A DNA stretch of 64,000 nucleotides, from contig DF236959.1 of NCBI GenBank assembly GCA_000708835.1, positions 295,728 to 359,727 on the forward strand, in the 5' to 3' direction. The stretch comes from Klebsormidium nitens (Eukaryota > Plantae > Klebsormidiophyceae). The notes beneath the pieces are model-generated. The model saw only the letters and a program-made list of their open reading frames with translations, was not told the origin of the DNA and made no database searches. Both the position numbers and the translations under genes were made by a program. The first letter of the stretch is position 1, and every line of letters begins with the position of its first letter. Of this stretch, positions 11,957 to 22,856 are shown one piece after another.

Positions 11957-14900
11957 CTACACTAGACGGGTTTCATTAACATAAAACATACCTTCGTTGT
12001 TTGGATCCGGGAGGATGTGCTCAAGCCGTTTTATTGTTTGAAGGCCTATGACGTCATACCGAACCTGCTCAACACCCCCGGGGCCGTTAACCATCTCCCA
12101 TTTTAGACGGATGCTCCTGGTCCCGTCTTGTGGGCCCGTTTTCTGATACCACTTCACGAAAGCATAGGCGCGCTTCTGTCCCCGGTGATCGACACAGGAA
12201 AACAACAAACGAAGTTGCGCATACCAGTCAGTCCGTTCCAGTCGCCCTCGCCGTTCCGACCCGACACCATCCACAATCACATTGCTGAAAACGGGCCGCT
12301 GGTTCTGCCCGAAGCATGGGTTCGCCCGAGCCAACTCCGTCTTCAAACTGCCGTCAGGCTGCCGCGCTCTTGCAATCGCAAGCGTCTTGTGTCGGATAAC
12401 CTGCACAAAATGAGGCAGACCCGTTCGACTTCGCATCTTCGCAGTTTGACACTCGTCAGCAATGACTCTACTATATCTTGACAGTTTTGCCGAGGGCTTT
12501 GGCGAATGCAGAAGCGAAAGCAAGCAGCCTCTTGGCAACGTTCACCTTATGCTTAAGCAAAATTCATCAAGGGAAGCTTCCGATTTAGAATTTCAAGCAT
12601 TGCTGATTAAAGGATCCAATCAACGCATCCCGGAGCATCCTGGTGACTTTCTTGGGGCTTTCTTTCAATTGGACGTTTGCGCGATTCAGATCCAGATTTC
12701 TACGGAAACGTTGCGAGCAGCCATAAGGTCAGAAGAGGCCGCATCAATCCTCGGTCCATACTTCTTCTCACCTTGGCGTCTTGAACGGTGGGAAGATTCG
12801 CGAGCAAAGCTCGCGTGCCTCTGGGATTCCCTCCGAGGTGCGCGCGAAGGACGCGCTCGAGATGGACCAGCTCGGGCTGCGCGAGAAGGGCGGGATCTCG
12901 ATTGCCGTCCCGCAGGGACTGCCTGGAGAGACGGAAGAGACGGAGAGGGCCACCTTTCACGCTCAGCAGGTTGGTCTTCTGGTCTCTAGCCTGCAAGCAA
13001 AAGCGAAACAACTTTCAATAAGGTTCTCTGTAACGATGCTAAGCAGCCACAAACAGTTAGCTTGTTGTCCGGGGCAGGTAGATACGATAGAAGGTTCACG
13101 CAAGGACGACGCCGAGGAGGACAGTGCGTGGATTGCAACAAGCAGAGCCTTTCTTGAGAGAGTACTCGAGCCATCGGAGCGTGTCAGGACAGTCGGTTCA
13201 TGATTATGCAATTGAAGGCCCCCTGACTGAGCGCTTCCTGCAAACGCTGAGGCACAAACGCTGACCGGCAGAGAGCTTTGACCGGTATCAGTCGGTTTAA
13301 GCGATCCGAAAACCCCCTTCGAAACACAACGAGAACGAAACCAAAAGAAAGAGAAGTAAACGGACAAACGACAGATGAATCTAAGAAGAGGGCGGCACTT
13401 GCAAACTTAACGTGATGCAAAGCGCCAAGGATGCAAAGCGCCCAGATGCAAATGAATTACACCTCACCCGCTTGCGGAGAGCTGTCTCCTTCCGAGTCGG
13501 AACGAAGTAGTCCTTGCCCGCTTTGCGCAGGGCGAGACGGTCGGTCACATGCTTGACCATTTGCAGCTGCATATGGTTTTTGTTGGAAGCTCTGAAGGGG
13601 TTCTTTGCCGTCCTCTTGTGACTCGACTCGTAATTATCGGCAGAGTACTCCCCGGGAAGACCTTTGAGACTGACCGACTCGGTAGAATGCGCGTTGGTGT
13701 GTACCTTGGAGGTACCCCAACCCGAAGCCTGGTAAGGCAAAATCCTCTTCATCTTAGCGAGGACCTTATCCCAATCAGCGTCTACCTTCGCCAAGGACGC
13801 ATCGGTGTGACCTCGGCTTTTGTGCCGGACAGCAAAGTCAAGGTACACATCAGCGAAATCGCGAAAGAGGGGTGTTATCTCGTCACGACCGTTGGGCAGT
13901 GTAAAAACTCCCACGACGGCATAGACGGCTACCTGCAAGAAAAACGGACAATAATTTGTCTCCTCAGTTTGAGCGGGTGAAAAGCTCTGTGAGTCGGCGA
14001 CCAATCAAACAGGGACCGCCTGCCCTATGTTTCTGCTTTTCACAAAAGCATGCGTCCAGGTGTGCTTTGCAGGCTTTTACTTTGTTTAAGGCGCGCTTGC
14101 AACCAGATAGCCAGCTGTCCTTTATAGGTAACAGCAATTTGACTCTGAGGTAACAGCAGCCCGAACTGGAGTCTGGCCAAAGAGAATCAAGGATGTTGCC
14201 TGCACAGAAGTGAGGGGTGCAAGTTGAAGGATAAGTGCGGCAGCAAAATCGAACAAAGGTACCAGAAACAGCAAGTGAAAAGGGAAAGATAAGTCTAACA
14301 AAAGTACACAAGAAGAATCGGCCGCAGCGGCACGTGCAATCAGATGTGCGAAGCAGGAGTTGTCGAAACCCACCGACAAACTGTGCCGATGCTCGAAGGC
14401 GGTTACGAAAGACGAACCGCCCAGGAAGTCGATGTTGGGCAAACGGAGACCAGGGTGCGAGTTCCGGAAGGAGAGAAAGCGCTTGTTCGCTAAAGCCACG
14501 CGCTTATTGCCCTCCTTGGCTCCGAACTTGTCCTTAGCGTACTCGCCCACGAGCTCGAACAACATGGGTATTACCCCGTGGTCCAGCTGCAAATACAAAA
14601 GCACCGTGCTCTTCGCCCTCTCTTGAACGTTTTTAGGAACCAATTGTGCGACTCAAACACGGATCGATAGCAGAACACGCTTCTTACAGGACGAGTTCTT
14701 GAAGCTCCAACCGAGTTCAACATTTGCCTCACCTCGTAGTGCTTTCGAAACAGATGGATGGGCCCAGCGTATGACTAAGGAAGCCAGAAAAGCTAAAACC
14801 GGAATCAGATGCCGCAGTGCTTACGGTGCGTACCTGGTGCATGATCTCTGGTAGTATGGATCGATAAACGTTCCCGGATTTTGTGTTCCCCCCCTTCCAG

Positions 14901-17540
14901 TCCCATAAAGCATTCTGCAGAATCACGTTATAAGGTAAATAGCATGGATGCATGATCAGATTCGCTGAAGCTTCGATGGCTTTCTAGGACCGGAAAGCTT
15001 TCCCAACTGGAACCTGGCATCTAGTTCGGAAGACACTTCGCACGACCAGGGACTGCCAACTTATCTTTCTCAAGGAGATCGCATAAAAGCAGTCATGTGT
15101 GTAGAGAAAGGAGGCGCATCTCACCTCAACCGGGTTCACTGACCAGCCTTTGACCAATGACTCAATCACCGCATTACAGCCTCCCTGTGCATGGAGCTTC
15201 ACAACCTGATCGTAGATCTGCTTCATCCTCTTTTCTGTCCGAAGTTCGGCGCGTCTGCCTGCAGCTAGATCATCAAGGTCGCAGGCCAGCACGAGACACG
15301 TGTGACAAGGGCAGTTAGTCTTGTTGCCACTCTTTGTACCTGCAGCAACACAGCCTTCTTGCCAGTCAGTTACGACGGCGTATATCATAGGCCAAACTGT
15401 TGTCTTGACTCCGTCTGCATCCTCAACCTCCATGCCCCTGCACAAAAATAAGTTCAGTCAGAAGATGCTCTTGATCTGGTGGTAGTCCCTCGTTACCCAT
15501 TGAAACGACAGGAAGAGAACAGAATGTTTGCAAGAGTCTAGGTGCAAGTCAACTCTTCCCTACTCCCGCCTGCCAGTGCTCATGACGTGAAAGCATTGGC
15601 TTAGACAATCTGACTCAGTGATTCTCAATCCAAGACATGGATCTAAGACAGCAAACCTTACGTCAAAGTGTAAAGTTTCAAGCGCTCCAAAATTCTCCGA
15701 TAGGAGTCGTGCCATATCTGGAGCTGCCGTAAGCGGAGCGCCTCTGAGCCTTCCGAGAGACCCGACTCTGGGCGTGGTGCCACATATGGAATGTAACCCA
15801 CAAGAACCCAACCAGAGAGCTTCCCCCTGAGCTCCTTGGGAATGTTGGCAAGGCTCAAGATCACTGGGCGCACTTTGAGTCGCCCACTCAAACTGAGCGG
15901 TGTCCCGTCGCTATACAGTATGAGCGCCAGCACTGTGTCTGACGCTGGGATCAAATTCTGCGATGGCAAGCACAGAATATGTTGACTTCCTCGCGTCTGG
16001 CGAAACATCTTTGTCTTGTACTAGTCCTGACTCCTAACACTGCTTTTGTGAATCAAGGAAATACGCGACTCAAGAAAACACAGAGTGTGACAGCGCTACT
16101 GCACGGACTCTGGCTGTGAACTGCTGTGAGAATCTAGATCTCGGAGGAAGTGCGGAAGTGATTATATCTTGAAACACACCCACATAAACCCAGAATTAAG
16201 GGCTGGAGCGCTCACCTGCATGTCATGCCACCAGACGCCGGTGTGCGCCTCTTTATACCGGCGCTCCCCATTCTTGATCCGCAGAATCTTGGGCTTCAAG
16301 ATCAATTTTCCAGCGTGCGCCGGATCCTTCCACAAACTCAGAACAGCAGTATACGCATCGCAGTAGTCGAGGAAGAGGTCTTGTCCATCCCCGGGGCCCG
16401 CTAGGTTGGCTCTAGACCAACCTTCCTGCATACCACATTGCAACCATTAGATCAGTCACAGCTTTGCGAGCTGACACTAGCAGCTTCCAACACCCCACGG
16501 GTCAGGACAATGATGACTGGGAGATGAGTACGCAGAGTGCGCAGACAATGAGACGTACCCAGCTGAGCAAAGAAACAAACTGAATCAGTAAACTCTGTTT
16601 GCATTCCTAGCTGATTGTGTAACTCGCTGAAAAAGTGATGTGGTTGCACCAGCCAAAGATTAAGGTGAAGGGCATGGCAGTACAGGTAGAACCGACAGGA
16701 AGTCAGCCAGGGGGGCAAGAGAAGTCCTCTGAACATTGAGGCTTTTGCTGTGAGACAGTAATCACAAAATGTAGCTCAATTTTTACTCTGCCATCAAAGG
16801 CGTTCCCTTGTCTTGCCAGGCCTACAAGCTGCCAAAACAGAGTCAGGCTCACAAGAGATAGTATCACGTCGGGGCCTCACCGGTCTTGGGAGCGTGTCAA
16901 TATGCTTCTGCACATCTTTGTCATTCTTCAATCCAGGAATCTCAGCAAAGCTGAGCAGCCAGTTCTGGTCCTTCCGAGAGAGCCCTCTGCCCCCATTGCA
17001 GTTTTTTATGAATGCTACAACCTCTTGCCTTTTCTCTTCCGCTGGATCTTCAGAAGCAAAGGTGCTGGACCCGTCACAAGGAGGAATCTGTTCGAACCGC
17101 GCCCCAACTTGCTGACCTAAGGCAGATGTCCTTGGTTCCGGAGATATGAGGTGGTGGTATGAAGTGTCTGCTTCTTCGGAGTTACCTGTCCCAGCTGCAT
17201 CTTGAGTTACAATATGAGGAGGAGTTAGAGGATCTGGGATGGGCGACAAGGGGTGGGAGGAAGAATCGAAGGCGTTGAACTGCCGGAGCGGCGATGATGG
17301 TGGAACTTGTGTCGACGTACTAGTTGCAGTGATAGATGCACTAGATCTCACAGGAATGCAGCCCCCCTCCTTTCGCTGGTGGTTGGTTAGCTGCTGATAG
17401 GAAACAAACTTGCTCTGACACTTACGGCACACAATCCTGCCACCAAGGGGACTGCCACGCCCGTTAGCGGGGGACCGTGCAACAGCTCGTCTTCTGGGAG
17501 AGAGGTGTGGAAAGAGGTTATCAATAAAATGGTTGACCAT
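11957..17540 (-). CDS. Plavaka-type (CACTA/Mirage/Chapaev superfamily) DDE transposase, 9 exons, about 966 aa, with N-terminal C2H2-like zinc finger
   Basis: Exons 17540-16881, 16425-16216, 15957-15662, 15437-15125, 14914-14834, 14586-14374, 13932-13468, 12990-12772, 12400-11957, all GT-AG and phase-consistent with no stops. Motifs: CRKC-x12-H, EAHTGVWW, ILYSDGT (D1), VTDWQEG (D2), CHTC (C-x2-C), EIMHQLDHG ([M/L]H), KVHTNAH (H-x3-H), YESSHKRTAK (E), and C-terminal AQLRLLF...AFVKWY...YDVI...FYVN. Confidence 0.9.
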
Positions 17541-17914
17541 GTTCAAGCTGAACAAAGCTAATATCACAAGCAGTCCAGCTCCCAGCTAGCTGCGCAGCTC
17601 TGGAGGCTGGCCTTTCTTTCAAGCTAGTACTTCTAAGCTAGGAGTCCTCCAGTGATGAACCTTGCCAAAGTTCTGCCACTTGCGCAATGCTGACCGTCGC
17701 ACGGCCCCGCGTTGCTACTTTCCCACAGTTTCCCTCAAGGCTACAGCATTGCTATTAGAGAAGAGTTGTCTCGTTCCTTCTAGAAGCAATGAGGCTAATT
17801 TGCAAGCTGAGTCCCAGGGACAGCAGTATGGTCACAGGAGCTTGTTGTGACTCCGAAGAATCTCGAGATATCAGCTGTGCTGGTGCAGTCCCGCCACGCT
17901 GTCAGAATTAAGTA

Positions 17915-18100
17915 CGTCGATTAGCTGATACAGATATTTTCAAGTTCAGTTCAACGGGCTTCCCAACCGTTGATAAACTTTCACGGTCGAATCAAGAGTC
18001 AAAGTGCTGGTCGATATACAATCCGCGTTGAATCGACACTGGACCCGCCGTTGAAATTATTTCTTGTTGATTTGTTGATGATTCGACAAGTAATCGACAA
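17915..18100. repeat. Right subterminal array of GTTGA(T)/TCGA motifs
   Basis: Dense gttgat, gttgaa, tcaac, tcgac and gtcga motifs mirroring the left end. Confidence 0.65.
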
Positions 18101-18119
18101 GATCCCAAAACGCTGATGG
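18050..18119 (-). repeat. Right terminal inverted repeat
   Basis: Reverse complement reads ccatcagcgttttgggatcttgtcgattacttgtcgaatcatcaacaaatcaacaagaaataatttcaac; 53/70 identical to the left TIR. Confidence 0.85.
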
Positions 18120-19179
18120 CCGCTTCTGCCTCAGACTCTGAGTCAAACAGGACATGAGCCAGCTGCCACTTGCAAATAATGCTGCGCCAGTGCTGGACAG
18201 TGGGGTTGCTGTACCTGGCTACACAGCTGTCGGTACATGGTCACTGGTCATATCAACGACGAACGTGTGAATCCGTTTCAGAACAGCTTTCCACCCGGTA
18301 GGAAACTTAGGTGGCGGTCGATCGTGCGGCATGCTGAAGCCGGACATGCGGGCCACAGCCTCGGGCCTGATCACTGATTGGCCTTAGGCACAAAGCTACA
18401 TCGACGGCTAATACGTTCTGACCTTATAGGCACTAACTTCCGGGCTGAGTCCAATCATTTGTGCTTGGGCGTGCATAATGGTGCCAGTGCCCAGCGCCCG
18501 GCACAGCCCCTACCCCGCGCACCTCAACCGGGGCTCAACCCTGCCTCCAACGATACCAAGATTGGCGACTTCTTGGCATATACTCCAACAAGCTCTTCAA
18601 CATTGATGGCATCACCGACCTTGGCCCGGGAAAGCGGGAGTACATCGGGCTGTCCACTGGAGTTTGCACGGTGATGCAGGAACCGAGCGAGGCGGACGCA
18701 AACGCGGTGTACCAGTGCTATACGTCGCTGCAGTTCCAGTCGGGGAAGTACGCGCCGAGCGCGATCTTCCTAGCGAGCGAGTTCCAGAAAGGTCTTGCTC
18801 GTATCTCTTCCGTTTGAAAAGTCGGTTTGCCAATCAATGACACTATGAAGTGAACAGTTAGTCGTTTTGCACTTGGTTAAACGCTGCGTATCAGACCGTT
18901 GTTGAATCTGACCCCGGGACGGACCAATTCTTTTCTTGGCGCGGCATCAGTTTGGGCATGAGCTGAGATACGATTCCGGCCTTTCTGCCCTGACAATGAT
19001 ACTCAGCTCGCTAAGTGCTTCGCACACTGGACCTGATTCAGAATCTATACGCATCGCAACATAGGCAATAGGCCTTTTGCATCTTTTCCTGCTTTGCACG
19101 GCGAATAAGCTCACCACACAAATCGATCTTCCACTGACTCTTCATTAACGTCAATGGCTGCAGTCGTCTTCAGTGACAG

Positions 19180-19335
19180 CGAAGTCCCCCCGAAGTCCCT
19201 GCATACACAATCATTGGGGGCAGCGGATACTTCAAACGGATCACAGGCACTGCGGAGCAAGAAGACGAGACGCCCTTTTCTCCAGTGTCCGAAAACGGAG
19301 AGTACTACATCAACCTTGAATACTACCTTCCGTAG
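19180..19335 (+). pseudogene. Isolated terminal-exon-like fragment with a dirigent/allene-oxide-cyclase-like IIGGSGYFxxxxG motif
   Basis: After a gacag acceptor the frame reads RSPPEVPAYTIIGGSGYFKRITGTAEQEDETPFSPVSENGEYYINLEYYLP*. No upstream exons found; the family call rests on one short motif. Confidence 0.25.
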
Positions 19336-21375
19336 AGCGTGCGAGTCCTTTCAATGGTCCCGCGCTATTTCTTATTGGCGGTAGTTCGTTCCAGCACCCT
19401 GCACTGCTACTGAGGTACAGTCGCATAGTTTTAGGGACTAGCGGGACCAGGATTGGGTTAAAAGAAACAGCTCTTTGTACGGCTTCATGTAGTTTGTCGA
19501 TTGTGGTTGATAGCATGCGGATCAGGTCACTGCATAATCTTGCTACCTGCGATAAGAGGGGCAGTAACTGCTGCAACCCTGTTCTGCTCTTTGTATGCAC
19601 TCTCCTGCGTTCCTGAGATTTTGCGAACCATCTCTATGGGGACTTCATTACTTTGATTACAGTGTTGACAACACAGCTTCGTGACTAAAGTTTATTGATA
19701 GGAGCAGACTACTTCAGTAGAAACCTATTTAGCAATTGCACTAAATGTCGAGTGGGCGGCAAGGGGAGCTAAAAAGCACGACTGAGCTCGTTCGAATTCC
19801 TGCCGCACTTCCGATTCTCTGCTTGGGTACATGTTTTTTTCATTGAAAGGTTCGAAATTGGAAAACATCATGATCTGTCAAAACAATCTCGCCACTTCCC
19901 TCGAACGTATGCGATCCCTTTCCGGATCGATTGATGTGATTTGGATTTGTGTCCAATAATTAAGGCAGCTCAACAAAGGATCAGTGATGCGAAACCACCG
20001 ACAGCTCGAATCTGATTTTTATACGCGATGCCGGTGCTCTTGTTGGCGACGTTGTTGTTCACTTCGCCACTTGTTGCTAAGCGCTGAGGACCTACGATTG
20101 ACACGACTGTTGTCACACAGTTCCTTTCTCTTTTCGGCGCATTGGCGTCCATTACGTCGTGCTGGATAGTTATCGACAGTAGTATGGTTCACTTAAACTT
20201 GGGGGAACCCAGTGAGCTGTCGACCTTAGAAGATCTTTACTTCTCTTCGATCAGCCAAAGCCAGAATGTGGATTCAATTGCTGAACGGTAGATATTCAAA
20301 GCTTGAAGCCAAAGCGAACATTTTGACCTTCACACAAAAATGACCCTGACGAAGGCAATCTAATCCGAACCAACAGCTTTATCCAGATGCAATTCGCGAT
20401 CGAGAGAAGACGCAACGGCATGTTCCGTATACGACGTGACAGTAGCCTGAATGTCTCTGGACCCTCCTGTTGCCAATTAAAGTCCTTAATTGAATGGACT
20501 AAGTGGCAATCTCCGGAGTCGAAATGGACACAGTGGCAACTTCTGCCTCGTTTCTCAAGCAAGGGGGCGCTTGTCTCCTGATAAAGCTTGGGAAGCCCCG
20601 AGCTGTACACAAGCAACACACAAAAATCCCTGAACCAGAAAGAATTTCAAGTTGCGTGCTCGGCAGTGACCCCTAGTGGTCCTGTAGAACCACAGTTAAC
20701 TACCAAACGCGGCCAACCTTACAGCGATACTCTTCCTCCAGCTGTGCAGATCCTAGCTAGACGCTTAGCTGGGAATCGAGCGCCATCATATCATTGGTCT
20801 AACGAATCCATTTCGTACAACGTGAGCGTCTTGCATCTCCTTTTGGCGTGCCTCCGCCCGCCTAGGCTTGTCTTACTGCGCTCTCTTAAGCTGCACAAGT
20901 GCGATGTCGCTTTGAGACTGCAGCAAATGCTCCTTGTTTGCCAGTCAGTCAGAGAAAGACGCCGTTGACAGGGACCTTCTCATACCCGACGCATCAAAAC
21001 TCGTCCAAAACCACCCAGTTATTTGGACCTCGACTCTTGGGCATCCCTTTGAATTCAAGGATCCAGTCGAAAAGAAGCAACTACTTACGGCAAAGGCGCC
21101 CTTCTCATTATCGTACTTGGCTCTCGGTCATCAGATCCTGAAAGTGGTTTGAAGCAGTTCCGTCAGCCCAATTCTTGGAGCACGCGAAGCAGATACCTTC
21201 TTCATGCGGGTTTTATCTGATCTATGGAATGGCAGACATTGAATTGATGATATTTCCGAAGCTGCTCGACCTAGACAAGCTGCCATGCGCTTTGGTCTCA
21301 CTCTTTTGCGGAAAAGGATGTTTGACCCTGCGTGTGCCTGTCGGTCGTGCTTTTCCGCACGAACGGATGTCTAAG

Positions 21376-21541
21376 CCTGCTTCTTTTATCGTCGACAGGC
21401 GGCCTCTTTCGTGAACGACTTCGCATCTCTGACCCTGCTTAACTGTGATCATTGGTAAGCGGCTTTTCATCAACGATTTTGCACCTCTGACCCTGCTTCT
21501 TTTATCGTCGGCAGGCGGCCTCTTTCGTGAACGACTTCGCA
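21376..21541. repeat. 58 bp tandem repeat, about 2.9 units in A-B-A arrangement
   Basis: Unit 1 and the partial unit 3 differ at 1 of 50 positions. Unit 2 is diverged but keeps cctgctt and cga(c/t)tt(c/t)gca(t/c)ctctgac. Confidence 0.85.
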
Positions 21542-22856
21542 GGGCCAGCCGGGAGCAATCATCGGCGGCGCTGGCAAGTACAGACTGATCAGAGGCGAAG
21601 TTAATTACTCAGACACAGTTGTGAGCGCTAGTGGAGATTACAACTACGATGGCCTGATCCTAACCTACATCGTATCTTAAGCCAAGCTCAGTCCTTGGCA
21701 CGTGCAGGAGCGAGAGCGCTTATATAAAAGACTGCCGGCAAGACATCTTTTTGTCGTTTAGTCCGATACAAGGCTTCAGACGGCTTCCTGGATCGCAATA
21801 AGCTGTCGTTGAACTCAAATGCAAGAAATGTCTCACACAGCGTGCGACTGCTGCTGTCCCAATTGGCGTGGGGACAAAAAAGGAAAGAGGTGATAACAAC
21901 TTCCATGCTGTTTTGTCACGCTTTAAATATTGACAGAATCATTCGTCACGACGACGTCACTATTTAATTTGTATATTCTGCGTTTTCCATGATGGACCGC
22001 TTGCTTTAGTAATGCATAAAAGGCTCGCACACCGCATAATGATGGCATCCGGCAGCTTGGGCGAGTCGGACGTCCGGCAAAATAACTCTTCAGCGGGCAG
22101 TGGGCATTGCAGAAGAATGCGCGCATGCCCGCGCGCACATACCAGATCACTCAAAGGTACACAGGTTGTTCGATCGCAAGAATCCGAGCATGGAAGGCGT
22201 ATTGAATTCCACTCCCGTCTAGCATCTGGGCTGTATGTTTAGCACAACTTCACATTCAGCACGGCTGTTTATAGTAGGCCGCGATTGGACCCACCTTCTC
22301 GGTCTAGTTTTGCTTCATAGCTGTGATCGAAAGCAAGTTCAATGTCTGTAGCCCGGTCGACCGCAAATGGATGCAAAATTCACAATGATTCAACCCATAG
22401 TATGTGTCCAGCTCGAAACTCGAATGAGGCCCGCGTGAGTCCTGTCTAGTTGCTCTCAATGGGTATTTTGATGGATCAGGATCTGAACCGCCAGATGTGA
22501 AGAAGAGCAACGAACAATGAGCGGCTTTCATTCATAATGCAAATTCTCTCGATCCGAAACGTCTGCTGACGTTCTTGAAGAGCTCGGTGGCCTGTTTCGT
22601 TCGTCTATTGAACCTTCTCTGCAAATCTGCGTGGCCCAAAATTTACGATCCTAATGACCTCTTTCAAGAAACACTGAATCCTTATGAGTATACTGACACA
22701 AAATCTCCGGTTGTCGACCTCGTTGCGCTTTGGTTTTAGACTCTGCTTAGGACGCTGTCAGACTGCGACGCGTTGAATTGTGACGATCAATCGTTTGACG
22801 GATCGGTGAAAGCTTGACGGGCCCGTCGCAAAACGAGCTGTTTCACGAGAGCTCTA

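Larger units (their letters stand above)
1912..18119 (-). mobile_element. 16.2 kb CACTA/CMC-superfamily (Plavaka-type) DNA transposon carrying two passenger genes
   Basis: TIRs 1912-1981 and 18050-18119 (first 12 nt CCATCAGCGTTT identical; 53/70 identical without gaps by manual count); identical CCG triplets flank it (1909-1911, 18120-18122); subterminal ATCAAC/GTTGAT arrays at both ends; internal spliced transposase with CMC motifs. Confidence 0.85.

Noticed and set aside
12781-13203. Plus-strand ORF suggesting a captured host exon inside the transposase
   Set aside because: The minus-strand reading 12990-12772 has proper AG/GT ends and joins both neighbouring transposase exons in phase.
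19600-21350. Protein-like fragments in several frames
   Set aside because: Frequent stops, no recognisable motif and no consistent splice structure; cannot be supported without a search.
21376-21541. CRISPR-like repeat/spacer look of the 58 bp array
   Set aside because: Only about 3 units, the first and third variable parts are nearly identical, there are no cas genes, and the context is eukaryotic.
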